A DNA stretch of 64,000 nucleotides from Dicyema japonicum. Taxonomy: Eukaryota > Animalia > Dicyemida. The notes under the pieces were generated by a model, which searched no databases, had not been told where the DNA came from, and saw only the letters and a program-made list of their open reading frames with translations. The stretch lies in NCBI GenBank assembly GCA_011109175.1, contig RDEW01000037.1:450079-514078 (forward strand), written 5' to 3'. Shown here piece by piece: positions 12,471-26,499 of the stretch (positions are counted from its first letter, which is position 1; every line of letters starts with the position of its first letter). The translations under genes and the position numbers were made by a program.

Positions 12471-14749
12471 AGGTTTTCATAAAAAAACTATATTTAAAAA
12501 AATTAATTCGATAACAATATGTGGTTAAGTCACAAGGAATATGCGAGATAGCACGCTACATTGCTAACAATTTGGTAAACCATAAATTTTGTCTTTAAGA
12601 TGGGAACATTATATTTATCACAAGATCCCTATTATTAACAAATATTTATATACTCCAGTATCTTTGGAATGTCCGCTTGTGCTTGTTCTCCTGCTAGCCA
12701 TCGGTTTCTCGAAGGGACCGGAGTGAATAAACATAACAACTCCCAAGAGTATTGTACCACAGCTGGTATCCTAAGCCAACTGTTATTGTGAAGATTATGA
12801 AATCAATGAATTCCTTCTTTATTGGTGATACTATAGGATTCCGACCTTCGGACGATGCCAGAATGGAGTATTAAATATGAACTTATTATATTTATGAAAA
12901 TTCAGATTATTAATGGATAATCTGATATGTAAATAAATTAGAATAAAGAATTAAATAAATTAGTCATTAATGTTAAAATCCTTGAAATTTAGATAGTAAT
13001 TCTACAAATAACCTTATTGGCACCATTTATTTGGGGATCAGGGTATCCCTGTTCGTAGCATCCCTAGATCGGTCTTCAGTACCTGTCGTCCTCCTAGCAT
13101 CATCAGCTGAATGAGATCTCCTCATATTGCTCTGCTCCTAACGCATTTCTTCATTTATATTGCGAATTAATATTTTATCGATTAAATTTTATTTTAAAAT
13201 ATATTAATAACCGCAAAATTACACATATTCATAGTAAAAATGTGTGTCCTACTTAATAGCCTATCCTACAGGTTAGTGAGGCCGGGGTACTTAACTAACT
13301 GACTACAAACGTGACAACTCGATACCCATAAAAGGATCAATTTCACTGTAGTTTTCGGTTGACCTTAAAAATACAAAAATTTGGCCTAAAATGAAACTTT
13401 CAAAAAGAGGTATAAATTACATTTTTGGGATTGCACAGAGGAATCAGTCCATTAGCTGAAGTATATCCTATTACATCAGCCTGTGGTTAATTTGCTAATT
13501 TTATCTTTGATGATAATCTACGCGGTTATGACCAAAGCCTAATTTGGACTTCAGTTGACTTAACCCAAATTTATCTTTCCAGCAAAGATCTTTATAAAAA
13601 TGCAAAACGATTTAATTATAAACGTTTACAAGTCTTTAAATACGACTATTGAATTGAAATCTCCACTGGATGGGTCCCTAAAACTGCAAAGACTGGACAT
13701 TTTCACCCCTTTCCTCTACTTCTAAATAGACTTGATGTTATAAGATCTCTGATTATGTGACCGTGTTTATTAAGTGTTAACTATTAATATCTTTACGGTA
13801 TAAAATTAAAATGAACCCGTTCTTGTAAAATTCCACTTCTTCAAGATGAGGTGCTGGGACAACGTGATTAGTTAGTTTGTGTAACCGTAGTCTCTGGTGT
13901 TATTAATATTATTATGTGCATCGAGGGAATGTCTGATATTCAAAGAGAGAATTGATGTTATTAACTTCCAAGATTGTTTTCGAGACACCTCCCAACCTTT
14001 CGGAAGTCTTCGCTCAGAGGAGCTGATAATGAATGTCGATGTAAACGAAAGCCAATTGGATGGCCATGTTCACTAAACCCCCATTGGTGATAGTTTGATA
14101 CTTCTCTTCTGATAGTTGGTTTCTTAGAAGCATGGCCTGGGTCCGATGCTGAAGTGACCAAATTTTTCGGAGAGTACGTATCAACACACGTAGCATCCCA
14201 AACTAGATTTCGACTACTAGCAAAAAGGAAATGTCGTCATCCCGTCGGGGGGGTTGCCATCGCTCCAGGCGAGACCACTAGCTTCCAAAATGCAGTGGTG
14301 ACCAGCATTGGAAGGTGCGTTTTTCAACGTCATGTTGAGACAGGCATGCATGGGAAACGGCCCACGCTCAACCTGCACGACAGTGGCTGGTAACCAAATG
14401 GATCAATCAAACCTCCACAACGACATTTTCGCTCAACATATACTTTAAGTCCAACAAAGGCCAATCTGTTGTCAAACTTACTCAGAAATGTCCTTTTGTC
14501 ACTTAACGATTCCTTTATTCTATTCTTTGTTATTTCACATCCTAGGAAATCAAGAAATCTGAGATCCGTATTTCGAATAGGAATGATCGGAGTGCATCAC
14601 AAAGTTTTGCCTTCAAAAGAGAAACTGTCTTGGGAAACTATAATCGATACACAGTCCAAACAGCGGCAGTGAGATACCCTTCCATCAATTTCTTTCTATT
14701 GAAGAAGCCTTTCAGACTCAGTCAGTGAAGGATTCTTTTATTTAACGTC

Positions 14750-17510
14750 ATGTGGTTCGCCGTTTCTGGTGACGAAAACTGTGGAATATACTTCACAGAC
14801 AAAAGAACCATCCTCTACGTCCAATCCAAAAGGAATGTCCTTCTTGGACGATCTCTCCACTGGCCTCTCTCTCCTGCCTTGATGGAAGCCCACCTAATGC
14901 TTTCCTGCGATGTAAACGCCAATCCTGGACCTCGAAAACCCATTATTTTGATTCAACTAAACATAATGGAGTGAAGGGAAGATCCTCGAACTCAAAACCT
15001 CTTAAAAGGTATAATACTGACATTTACCTACTCCAAGAAACAAGACTGACTCCGTCTTCTTCCACTCCCGTCTTCCCAAACTATCACGTCATCAGGCGCG
15101 ACCGACTGCTTACCCTTATCAAAAATGAAATTCCGTACGCAAACTAAACTTTTGTCAACCTCAAGTCTCCCGTCAAATATATTAGTATTTAGTAATACAA
15201 GATATTCGAGTTCATCGGAAACATAAACATATTGAATGTGTATGTGCCACCGCCCAACTCATGTCCCAAGGAATTCAGGTTTTCCCTGTCAGACATCGAC
15301 AAATCAAAAAATATGTTACTTTGTGGAAACCTAAATGCAAAGCATCCGACATGGTTCAAGAACCTAACATGCGATGTCAGAGGAAACCAATTGTTATCGA
15401 ATCTGGATGACCTGATAATATTAAACAACCCTACATTCAATACAAGGACTCCCTACGAGCGAATGACATGACATCGTCCCCCGATCTCACTCTTGCCTCA
15501 ACAAACATCGCAACATTAACAAAATGGACAGTGCTATACGATACCAGCAGTGACCAATCCCGTTATGATTACGTTTGAAGGAAGTGTCAATTGCAAAAAA
15601 CCTGTTTTATTTACCGACTACAAAAATGTCGACTGGAAAAAGTTCTCAAATTTTGTCGACTATTATCTACTTGACTTTCATTTATCCAATTTCAACTCCA
15701 TCGATAAAGCACTATTTTAATAGAGTGGTACGCGAGGGAATAAAAATTTGTATTAAAAGAAGGCCACTGACCTCAAGAGAAAATTCTTCCCCAGAGCCGA
15801 TCCACTCATAAAAAAATAAATTACCTAAAAAGCCTCCAAAAACAATCCTGGGAAACAAGATTGAAAATTCGTACATTAGAAAGAGAGATCAGGAACAATG
15901 CAAAGAAGAAACAAGAGAAAGTTTGGAAAAACCTCATGTCCAATCTAAACAAGCAGAACTCCTATACAAAAATGTGGAAAACACTTAGAAGCGTAATTAA
16001 CGCTGACAACCCGGCCGCACGTGATGAAATGGAAAACAAGATCTTCTTAAACAAACTTCTGAAGTACTACTCCTCCACGAGTTTCATCCCATATAAGAAA
16101 TTCGAAGGTCCATCCATCCTAGCCCTCAATCCTAAAAGAGTCACCTCCCGATTGTCCTCTCTGTGGAGAACGTATAGAATATGGTCAAGGGTCAAAAACC
16201 GATTTATTCCTGTGGTCCGGACGGAATTCCTGCAATAGTTCTGAAAAACATAGGCCCCTATGCTATCATGGCCCTCACAAAAATTTTCAACTTTTCAATC
16301 AACGAAAATTGTATTCCTTCTATATGGAAGCTATCAAACATACGACCAATTCTGAAACCCGGGCGACCAAAGGGATCACCAGCCTCATACAGACCAATAT
16401 CTCTCCTATGTGTTACATCAAAACTTTTGGAAAAGCTGATTCTTGAACTAATCAAACCATACTTTCCTGATGCACCTTTTCAACACGGATTCAGAAAAGG
16501 ACACTCCACAGAAACGCATCTTACATGCCTTACAAATTTCATCAAGGATGGACTAAAGCGCAAACCTCATCAGAAGTCTTTGTTATGCTCCATCGATATA
16601 GAAAAGGCTTTTAATACTGTCCCAAGAAAGCTTTTGACAAGGAAGATCTTTACGTCAAAAATTCCAAACAACCTGAAAATCTGGATCGCAAATTTCCTAA
16701 ATGGAAGAAGAGGAAGAGTAACTGCTGGAAAAACTAGATCAGTGACCAAGTTCCTTCCAAATGGAGTCCCTCAAGGATCTCCACTTTCACCACACCTATT
16801 CAACCTATTCTTGAATAATATGCCCTCCCATACCAGTGACGATACTCTGGTTCTGCCATATGCAGATGATATAATCGTCGCACTCAAAGACCAGTGCGTT
16901 TACAATACTGTTTACCGGATACAAGCTTCATTGGACGATCTGAACTGTTGGCTCGTTAAGAACATTTTACATACAACTCCCAAAAAATCTTATACAACAA
17001 TTTTCAGAACAAACATAAGATTGACAAACTCCGCTCAATGTTTAACCGTAAATGGAATCTCAATCCCCACGACCAACTGGGTCAAGATACTGGGCGTAAC
17101 TTACGACCCACTCTTGACCTTCAGCAAACACATCGACAACGTTATCTCTCGGCACAACAACAGCTAAATTTTGTTAAAACACTTCTTGGACAATATAATG
17201 GGTGTTTCAACTCAAATTTGGACTCCCTCTACGTGCAGTATATTTAACCGTCTCTAACTTACGGGTGTGCTGCATGGGGAACCAACCTATCAAACAGGAA
17301 TATAGAAAAAATCAATACCTTCCAAAAACTAAGGTTTGCAAAGGTTTTCTTAAACACCTCTAAACCCTACACCTTTTGAAGAATTAGTGAAGAAAACCGG
17401 AGCCTTACTACCCTCCAAAAAAGTTAGAAACCTTTGGAACCCGGGAAGAACACCGAGCAAGAATGAGATGGCTACTCGAGGCAGCCGGAATCACCTGACG
17501 GCTATGTAGT
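14750..17510 (+). mobile_element. Near full-length APE-RT LINE ORF with N-terminal 2A-like motif; frameshifted
   Basis: LMLSCDVNANPGP (14894-14932), then YLLQETRL, NVYVPPP, GNLNAKHPTW, SPDLTL. ORF 16181-17167 has GPDGI, YRPISLL, QHGFR, DIEKAFNTV, GVPQGSPLSP, YADD, KILGVTYD. Confidence 0.9.
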
Positions 17511-17589
17511 TAATTAATTTGTCATTTTTGGTTTTTAATAATAATAAGTCTCCAAATGTATAAATATTATTAATAGCACTTTCGAAGAA

Positions 17590-18830
17590 CCGAAAAAGTA
17601 ATTTATTTAATTAAGGTTACGCTTGTGCCGTATTTTTCTTCAGGTTATTCTTTCTCCCACAATTCTCTTATCTAACTTTCTCCATGCTCCACGGTTACTG
17701 GCAATTATTCTGAGTGTATTCAAATTATCTCTTGTTTTCAGCTTTTGTTTTACATTGGTCAGGTCCTTGTGTAGAACCTCTGAGAAAGTTATTCGAGGTT
17801 TTCCACGGAACGAGGTTTTCATTTCTGGGCAGAAATAGTATTCTATTGCTATTTTAGCATGCGTTATCTGCCTCATCCGAAGGACCAAATAGACGCCATC
17901 TTTATTAAAGGAAATCGAGACTCAATGGTTTTGCATTACATATTTTGTATAGATTCTTGTTTGTAATTTTTTTGGCCAGTTGATGCCAAACAACAGTCGG
18001 AGTTGTTTACGATGGAAGGCATCTAGTTTGTCCAATACCGCTTGTGAGACTCCCCAGGTTGCAGCGTTGTACATTAGGACCGGTTTCACGAAGGCATTGT
18101 ATAGTCTTACACGTAATTGTCTGCTATTTTGTTTACGATGATTCCAGAATGCTCCCGTTTTTCTAAAGGCCGCGACGGCCAATATTTTCCTGTTTAGTGA
18201 TATCCTCAGCGTCTCCTAGCAAAGCCAACCAATTTTTACAGTATCTCCATTTTTCATCAGTTCGGGTTAATTCACGGCGTATGGTTGTTGTTTCCGTCTT
18301 TTCCGTATTGATTTTGATGAACCATTTTTCTAGCACATTTTTGTCCGTATATAGTTTAATGTTTTTTCGTTGCGACAAGGAAGAATAGAAGTCGTCTAGT
18401 TCGTCTCCATTGATTGATACTCTCACCGTGCATATACATTAATAATGGAGATTATGGAATTGTTCTTTTCACCGTATTTTAATCGTAAAACACATATTCT
18501 ATCACTCACCCTCCACGTCTTGTGGATTCGATTGTTCAGTTCTTTTTGTATTGCAAATCCCAGTGTGGGCAATTCGAAAGGTGCAGGATCAGGCGGAAAT
18601 CATTGTTGATTTCATCTAGTCCGGCTTTTACTTTCGTTTCCTGTAAGCACGCCATGGTTACCTTGTACGATCCAAGATCCACGCATAAATTTCTTTTTTA
18701 GTATCCGACTTTTATCCTCTTACATTGAACGAGCTGATAGTGAAAGATCCCGAAGAAAAGCACGAAAAAGACATGTGTGCAATAGAGCCACGTCACCAGC
18801 TCAACCAAAATAAAGGTATAAATAGCTAAG
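17590..18830 (-). mobile_element. Internally deleted RTE-like LINE retaining 5' leader, APE start and RT C-terminus
   Basis: Leader TTGGTTGAGCTGGTGACG, then SFNVRG and CLQETK; further on LYNAFVKPVLMYNAATW and a ...WRKL... end. Confidence 0.8.
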
Positions 18831-19039
18831 GCTAATTTCTCCCAAGATTGCATTCGGTAGTCAATTCGGCCTGACGAATATGGTTTTCGTATAAAAGTAG
18901 AATTCTATTCCAGGACCGGTGAAAGTAAATCTCTCGGTTAACCATTGAGAATCTTGCCACAAACGAATCCAACTTTCTACCATTACTACGTTGGCAAACC
19001 GGACAGGTTTCTTCATAAACAATAACGGTCATTCGAATG

Positions 19040-20235
19040 ATTCTTCGTTAGAGTACCCCAGGTCCCTTCAAATAAACGAAACAGATGGCTAAAAAACGTA
19101 CAGCCAAGAGCGGAAGCCGACAGGTATATTTGGTTCTGTAGAGAACTAGTAGGAGGGCCCGGACAAGTGAAGAGATGACCTTCTGGTCTTCAAGAAAGCA
19201 AGATGGGAATAGTGGAAAGGACGATTGTCCAATCCTATACAGATATGAATATAAATTCAAATGATGAGCACAACACAACGTAGGCGCCAAGTGAAAGCGA
19301 ACTTCCCGCGGCAGGTAGCTTCGCTTCCGTCAACGATAGGGGAATACGCTCCAGAAGCATGTTTATACCAAGGCTTCTGATGTCTTTAGTGGATATCCAG
19401 TCATGAATTGTTTTCTGTCGTGACTTAGAGGGATCAGTCTCTGGGATGGTTTGTAGAATCCGAATTTGATCACCAAGAGTAGGAATAATTCTCCTTTTGT
19501 TTGTGAAGATCAAATGCAGTGAGCTGAATGTCCCAACGTCGTTAGAGAATACATCACACCAATTTATTTTGTATTAGTTTCTCCACAATATACCGCCATA
19601 CTGGGTGTCTCTCGTTCTCCTCGTCTTTCTTTTAGTCAGTCCGAAATCACATAGTTGAAGACTTTCTTTCTTCCCTTTTAACGATTTGATCCTGGGGCAA
19701 TAAATAAATTAAAAGATGGTAATAGTCGGAAGCGGGAGTTCTCAAAGGTCACTCAATTAGATCTGGTGGGACAGAAGTCGATGGTGAGCCTGGGTGAGAC
19801 TCGCATGACGGGTAAAGGGACGATTCCGATTGAGTCGAATCTGTAAGCATGTAAGGCAAAATGATGCCCACAACAGAGACCTTCGTTGTTGTCGAACTTA
19901 AGGAGGTATGGTATTTCTATTGATATCTGGTAGTGGACACCGGATAGGTTTGTTACAAATCAGGCTTTTGATGGCATTTGTGGCAATCCAGCCATGTATT
20001 GCCTTAAACTGTGAAAATTCTGTATCAGTAAAAAGTGGAGGATACGGAGTTTGTTTGATGAGAGCTATATTTTTGATGTCGGATAAATTCCAAAGTCTGT
20101 GTGCCGGATTATCAGGCATATTGCACTTTTCAAAGGAGTGTAGGCCAAATATGAGAAAGTGGTCCCGGATGGGAAGAATCTTAGATTCCCAGTGGAGGTG
20201 GTTAGTTGGGGTGCATTTCAGGATTCAATTGTTAT
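19040..20235 (-). mobile_element. LINE C-terminal fragments (post-RT region, degenerate zinc knuckle)
   Basis: TPTNHLHWESKILPIRDH; IHDWISTKDIRSLGINMLL; LNLYSYLYRIGQS...PSC. Confidence 0.7.
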
Positions 20236-20419
20236 TTTGAGGTCAGAATTATAAACTGCCTGAATTTTTCAGGGTTAGGAGAGATTTCAAAAGCGCCGGA
20301 GAAGCCTGTATTAATGTTAATCTCCCTTGTTATGTTAATGCCTGAATCAGAACAGGCCTTTCTACAGTGACTCATTTAGGATCCGTTCCCAAGTTGATCA
20401 CAGACGGCTTCAATCGCAC

Positions 20420-21050
20420 CTTAACCAGGTGTGTAACTGGCTATCCGCAAATATGTTGTCTTTATCTGCATCCAAGTCTCAGTTCACCCTGTTCACTACG
20501 GACATGAAATTTAGGGCTATTCTTTGGAGACATCCTTATTCTTTCTACACGAATCCAGGAGATCATTGGAGTAACTTTCGACTCTTTAATGACGTTTTCC
20601 AGTCAGCAGAAGAAGTGTTAACCAAGGGGGTTCTAAAGGCTATCATAAAGAAGAGCCCCTCCAACATGCTGCCTGTATCAGTAAACTCTATCTTCAAATT
20701 ATTGTGCCGACAGTTGAATATGCTTATTCCGCCTGGAGATTTGCTCATCATTTATTGAGGATTGAGCGTATAGACACTCTCAGGCATAAAACACATTGCT
20801 CATGCAAGCCGACAGCTCACCCACCACCAGTCTCCTTTCTGAGGAAGCGACACAGAAAAAAACAGGGTTTCCTACGTTTCTGCAAGGAGCTAGGAAACCC
20901 ATTTAGAGAAAGGGTACCTCTCACATAGGAATTCTGATAGACCATAAAAGACATCCCGAAGATTTCCTTGCAGACACAAAAGATGGAACTTCCGGAAGAC
21001 AATTGGGTCGCTGTTCTGGAGCTAGGGAGACTGGGATCACCTAATTAGTG
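20420..21050 (+). mobile_element. LINE RT 3' fragment
   Basis: NWLSANMLSLSASKSQFTLFTT and PTVEYAYSAW; disrupted. Confidence 0.65.
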
Positions 21051-21483
21051 GGTCTGTTGCTTTAAATAAAAGTTTTAATTTAATATTTATGAATAAATGT
21101 AAAAAATACCAAGATACGAGACAACTACATATACTTTCTGGAGAGCCATGCAGGATTCTCGTCCAAGTCAGATAGGACCTCTCCCACGTCAGTCTAGGTC
21201 ACTTAGGAACTTTCTTTTTTACTTTTAATCCTGTGATCCTGGGTAACAATAATAAAAAACAGTACACTAACTCACCATATCCTGGTGATGTCTTTTGGGG
21301 AGATTGAAAACATAGAAAGCATTTGGATATCATAAAAAAGTAAATTTATTATTTATATACGAAAATAGTACTTCCTGTCCTTAAATGAGCTGATTATTCC
21401 ATATATGGAAATATTCAACATCTGCAATTTCCTCATTTAGTAATATTTCTGCTTATAAGCCGTTTGTGAGTATTTTACTATGA

Positions 21484-23210
21484 ATGTTTATTTTTGTTCT
21501 GTTCTTCCACGTTTATAATCAGTGTCCTTACATCAGTATACCCAACAATATCAGAAAATACCAAAACTCCCAAGTCTTCATATTAAGCATATCGACTGAC
21601 AAACGAGTCAAACATAACTGGCCGTCACAGTTAACTCTCAAATGTTTTCCGGAAGTAAAAGACAGGGGGTTTATTGTGGGTTTTAGTCCAAGACAGAGGA
21701 TATGGGTGAACAAATATTCTGGAAGCTATTTCTCGAAAAATATCTCAGCCACGTGGAATTTGACTGACGTAGATGACTACGATACTTTTGAGCCACCTTA
21801 CTGCCAATTTTATGTGGGGGGGAGATCATGTTTGATTGACACGAACGATTGGATCCATAGATCAGGTTTTCCACGTGAATATTCATAGAAATAAAATTAC
21901 TGATACAAAACAACTCATTATCAACGCATTCCTGAACCAATCTTTGGTTCTGCGGTTATTCGAGGTACTCCCCGAAGATTTGCCTTTCATTTCCGACCGA
22001 GAGGATCAAATGTCTGACTGCAATCTCCAACTGCTTTCTTCGAAGCTGGTTCACGGTCACGAGTTATTTTAGAAAACTCTCTACATCCCCAAGGTGACTG
22101 GGGAGAAGATCATCAAATGCTTGATATACGGAATGCGACTGGTCTACACCATAAAGTACGACATCTGTAGATTAGTATTGTTACCCCCAGCTCCAAAAAT
22201 CCACGAGGTACACCGCGAACAGTGTGAGATCCTATTCCCTGTGAAAAACACTAAAATCTACAATTATGACCACAACTTCTACAACGGATTGAAGACCACA
22301 GCAGAGGAATTCAAATTTTCCTGTCTAAACAACCGACTCTCCAGTGGGTACCAATGTCTCATTACTCAGTAACATAATCTATCGACTCAAAAACAACGAA
22401 ATTACTGATTTGAACTCCGCATTGTTCTCTTCTAAGGGTCTATACGAACTGTACTGTGAAATTGTCACAAACCATACTCACGTGTCGGCTTTTCGATTAT
22501 ATCTCCACGTAGTTGTTGTGGTTCACTTAAGTTCCTCCCAAAATTCTTTCTGGATTGAAAAACTGCAAAATTGTCAGCAATTTATGCGAGTTTCATCTGA
22601 ACGTCAACTATGGACGTTATGCCGATGAGTTGAAGATTTCCTGGTACTTTAACGGAGTCAGATTGACACGTTTGTACATTTAAAGTCAACCTTAGCAAAC
22701 GAGCACGTGAAGATCGACGAAAGCGGACTGAATTTGGTCATCAACATCTCCGATTATAAAAGCGGAAATGTGCAAGCCATAATAAGCAACAGATTTGGTT
22801 CACAAATGGCCAGTGCTTATGCGGAATATATTGGTGAGCTCTTTGATTTAAACAGAACCCCCTTATTTCGAGATCAATTTCCCCGAGAGTGTGATCCTCA
22901 AAGACAAGAGTACCACCATTGAGTCAAAAGTTCACTACGACGGAATGGAAAAGGTTTCAATGTGGTGGGCCATCAACGGGGAAATACTCAACAAGAGCAA
23001 CAAGCCTAGTAATGTGATCTCCTCTGTCAATATCAAAAAATACACGTGGTTGGGGCAGCTTTTCTAATTTACAGCACTCTGAAAATCGAAAATAGTCCTC
23101 AGATCACCATGGATGACGTTTTCTCTTGTTTCTTTAAAGTGGGACAACTCGTAATTGAAAGCAGACGATCAAGGATCACAACATTAGGTATTCACGTGGT
23201 TTGATAAGTC
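21484..23210 (+). pseudogene. Decayed multi-Ig-domain secreted/surface protein gene
   Basis: Hydrophobic N-terminus MFIFVLFFHVY. Ig-like motifs ISWYFNG, SGNVQAIISNRFG, MWWAING and STLKIEN...DVFSC. 22-24 nt GT-AG segments sit at apparent domain boundaries. Several in-frame stops and frameshifts. Confidence 0.6.
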
Positions 23211-23492
23211 AGAAAAATCTAACAACGTTAATATTTATTTGTTCGGCGTTGGTGGAGCAGTTGTAGGACTGATTATTATACTTACAATATTAAAGTTGGT
23301 CTATCCAAGATATGGTGGAACATATTGCGGTAGTATCTAATCACTCAATTGTAGTTGAATCGAAGGAAAGGGAGTATGGAATACTCAAATACACTAATTT
23401 ATGGAAATTTTATAACGAAGACTCTGAACTGAATAATTGTTAATTTATTTTGTTAAATAATTTAAGTAACAAAATTAATGTTTTATTAATTA

Positions 23493-25441
23493 GTACAGTT
23501 TGACCTCTATTTGGGGCACCTATTTAAAAAAATGCCCCAAAACAGAGGAAAAAGGTTCGGCATTTTCTTTAGATTTATCCACAGTTTAACAATTTAAATT
23601 TGCTTTTTATTAAATTTATAGATAAATAATGTTTTTTATAGATTTTTCAGAATTATATTAAAAACAAATTTATTTAACGATAGGAAAATAGTCTGTTAAT
23701 TTCCCTCCGGTTGCGGATTTTTTCATTTGCATTCCTAATATTTTTCTGAAATTATAATAATCTTTCAAAGCTTCAGAAAACAAATTGAAAATGTTCTCTT
23801 CAAGTGTATTCATCGCTGTTATTGTTTCCAAATGAGAATAGGTACATTTTACTCCGTCGTATTCTCGTCATCATTTTCTACTTCATTTTCAGTATATATT
23901 TAATTATGTTATCTAAACTCTCCAATTCATTATTCACCAATGAGAGAGTTTGAAAACGACATCAATTTTCTTCCAACAATTAGTAATTGATTCAGAGTGT
24001 ATTTGTTGTCTTCCCAACAATAATGATTATTTGTCTGAGATTTACTTGCTTTAAATTCAACATTGTAGAATTATCATCCTCAAAAGATAGGGTAAATCCA
24101 TCAAATTATTTAAATAATTGGATTTGAACGATTTAATAACTATCTAAGGGTTGAATTAATGATGTTGCATTTTTTGGCAGAAAAAATAACTCAATGTTAG
24201 AAAAATGATTATTCTTGTGACAACTTGTATTGTCAAGCAAAAGGACAATTTTTCGGTTGTGTTGGATCATTTCTTCGTTGACAATGTTCAACCAAGTAAT
24301 AAATAGATGTCATCCAACAATTTTTAGAAAACGAATATAAAACTCCGTGCTCTTCAGGGTTAAAATTTTTCATACAACGTGGGGATTTATATTTTCCTAT
24401 TAATAATGGCTTCAATTTTTCGCCACAAGCACTGACCGACAAAAGCATAGTGACTTTTTCTTTACTCCTTTTAATTCCAAAACAATCTTCATCTGAAGTT
24501 ACAAATGATTTTGATGTTATTCTTTTAATGTACAATCCCGTATCATCGCAGTTGAAAATATTTTCAATGCCATAGTTATTAACATAGTCATCGTACTTAT
24601 CAAAAAAATTCCAAGGCAAGAAATATCACACGAATTTTTTTCACCACTTATTGTCTTAAATGACAAATTGTGTCTTTTCTTTAATTTTTCAAGCCAACCA
24701 TTCGAACCTCTGAATAAAATATAGTTCAAAGTAGGAAAAAAAGTCAAGTGGAAAAAAGGTTCAAGCGGAAAAAAAAGTCAAGTTGTCTTTTTTAGTTTAT
24801 ATCGCATTTTTGTGATACTACTAGCATCTTTTAATTTTTAAAAATTTTTTCAATACTTGACTTTTTTTCCGCTTGACTTTTTTTCCATTTTTGAAAATTT
24901 TTCCCTTATAAATTTTCGAAATTTAGCGCAAAACGGAAAAAAAGTCAAGTCCGTAATTTCGTTAACGGACTTGACTTTTTTCCTAGCTACTTTTATAGCA
25001 ATGTTTTTAAGGTCCTGAAACGGGAATAAATTCTTCCCTTGCTTTAAAAAAGCATTCATAAACAATTTTATCGAATTTCTGTGACAGACTGTCTCTTCTC
25101 TGCGAAATTTGACTAAGACAATTTTATTGTACGGACCCATTATATATAAAGTTCATATAATTTTGTTTAATTCTAGATACTGCTCCTAAACAATAGAATT
25201 ATCAGATAACCTTTATTAATTTTATACTTTTTGACAATATCTCGTTCTCTCATGAAACAATTTTCGTTGATTTCTTTGACAATTTTAAGCTTTAACTCCA
25301 GAGTAAGCTTTCTCCCCATGACAACAAAAACGCAAATCTAGCACGCGAAGTTTAAAAAAATTTTATATAATTAAATTTAATATTAATTGCAAGACTTTAT
25401 ATAAATAAAAAATTAAGTGCCCCACAAAGTGGTACATGTAA
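23493..25441 (-). mobile_element. Near full-length Tigger/pogo DNA transposon, decayed, with nested MITE
   Basis: MGRKLTLELKLKIV (~25320), GSNGWLEKLKKRHNL, FNCDDTGLY, VTMLLSVSACGEKLKPLLIGK. Degenerate TIRs TACAGTTTGACCTCTATTTGGGGCAC / GTGCCCCACAAAGTGGTACATGTA. Confidence 0.85.
24729..24986. mobile_element. ~258-bp MITE inserted in the Tigger ORF
   Basis: TA-GGAAAAAAAGTCAAG ... CTTGACTTTTTTCC-TA termini. Near-identical to the left arm at 2089-2345. Interrupts the transposase frame. Confidence 0.8.
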
Positions 25442-25489
25442 TTTCCAAATTTGCCGAGAAAACATAAAATTAGTTAAGTTTCCCTTGTG

Positions 25490-25880
25490 CCGTATTCCTA
25501 ATCATCCTCTCCGTCAGCCCCGAACATGATCCTCCGTTGCGCGCTAATTCTCTTAGGTGGTCTAGGTCGTCCGCCATTTCCATTATAATGTTAGATGCTG
25601 CTCACACTCTTGTAACACAGTGAATCAGGTCCTGATGAACTGCAAATCTGAGACCATAATGTCGGCAGGCCGATGAGAGGGTATAAAGGTGAAATTTTCT
25701 AAACAATTCTGTAAATTGTACGGTCGTTTTTGTCTCTTGTAGACAGCAGACAGAGACGTCATATTTTGTTAGATCCCATGCATGCCAGTTGGTGATTCTT
25801 GTAAGGTTGTTTAAGCCGTGGAGAAGTCGGTAATAAGACATAGTGCAATAGAGGCGTCGTCACCACTTCAACTATTAAAA
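25490..25880 (-). mobile_element. RTE-like LINE 5' fragment (APE start)
   Basis: Leader motif, then WDLTKYDVSVCCLQETK...HYGLRFAVH. Confidence 0.7.
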
Positions 25881-26499
25881 TAAGTCTTGTATGTTGACTG
25901 GTTGACATCTCTCAATATATATAGGAAAGCTACATAATGAAAACTAGTAGAACGGATAGTGAAGAGCACGTCACAAGCGATACCTAAAGTATTCATATGT
26001 TTATGTGTAATACGGGAATGCATTTAATTAAACTAACTTAGTCTTTGAGAGTGTGGAGTGATTGAAAAGTGGTTCACTGGAAATAAACTACTGCCATCAT
26101 CAATCCATAAACCCTAAACGGTTTAGAGTGTCATTACATTTTGACTGGGAGTTCTCCTTCCAACACGGATTTGTGCGGGGTTAAGAGAGGAACACTTAAC
26201 CAAATTGAGGACTCTGTTGGACGTGTAGGGATCACATGGTCATCAGGATCTGATTTTTGGAATAGCTTCATTCAAGACAACCACGATTGAATCATACTTG
26301 TTGAATATACTATAACAATGTGCCTTATTGGAATAATCCTGCCACTCTTAAACCCTTTAGATTAATAAAAATGACCCAATCAACTACACTTTACTGCCAA
26401 TAAATTATTCATAACTACCGGTTGGCTTTTTTTCAAAAAAATTTGGCACGATTTTTTTGAATTAAATTTTATAAATTAATTTAATAAGTTGTGTAATTG

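Noticed and set aside
13380-13760. Gene-like fragment with a 24-nt GT...TG segment
   Set aside because: The length is divisible by 3, there are further stops and no recognisable protein, so it cannot be told apart from a decayed ORF.
19790-19815. Possible fourth, degenerate 2A (CESHPGSP, minus strand)
   Set aside because: It lacks the D-V-E and NPGP residues and lies in a LINE 3' region rather than before an APE.
25950-26430. Possible spliced gene on the minus strand (DPDDHVIPTRPTESSIWLSVPLL...)
   Set aside because: I could not build a consistent exon model or recognise a family, so it is not reported as a feature.
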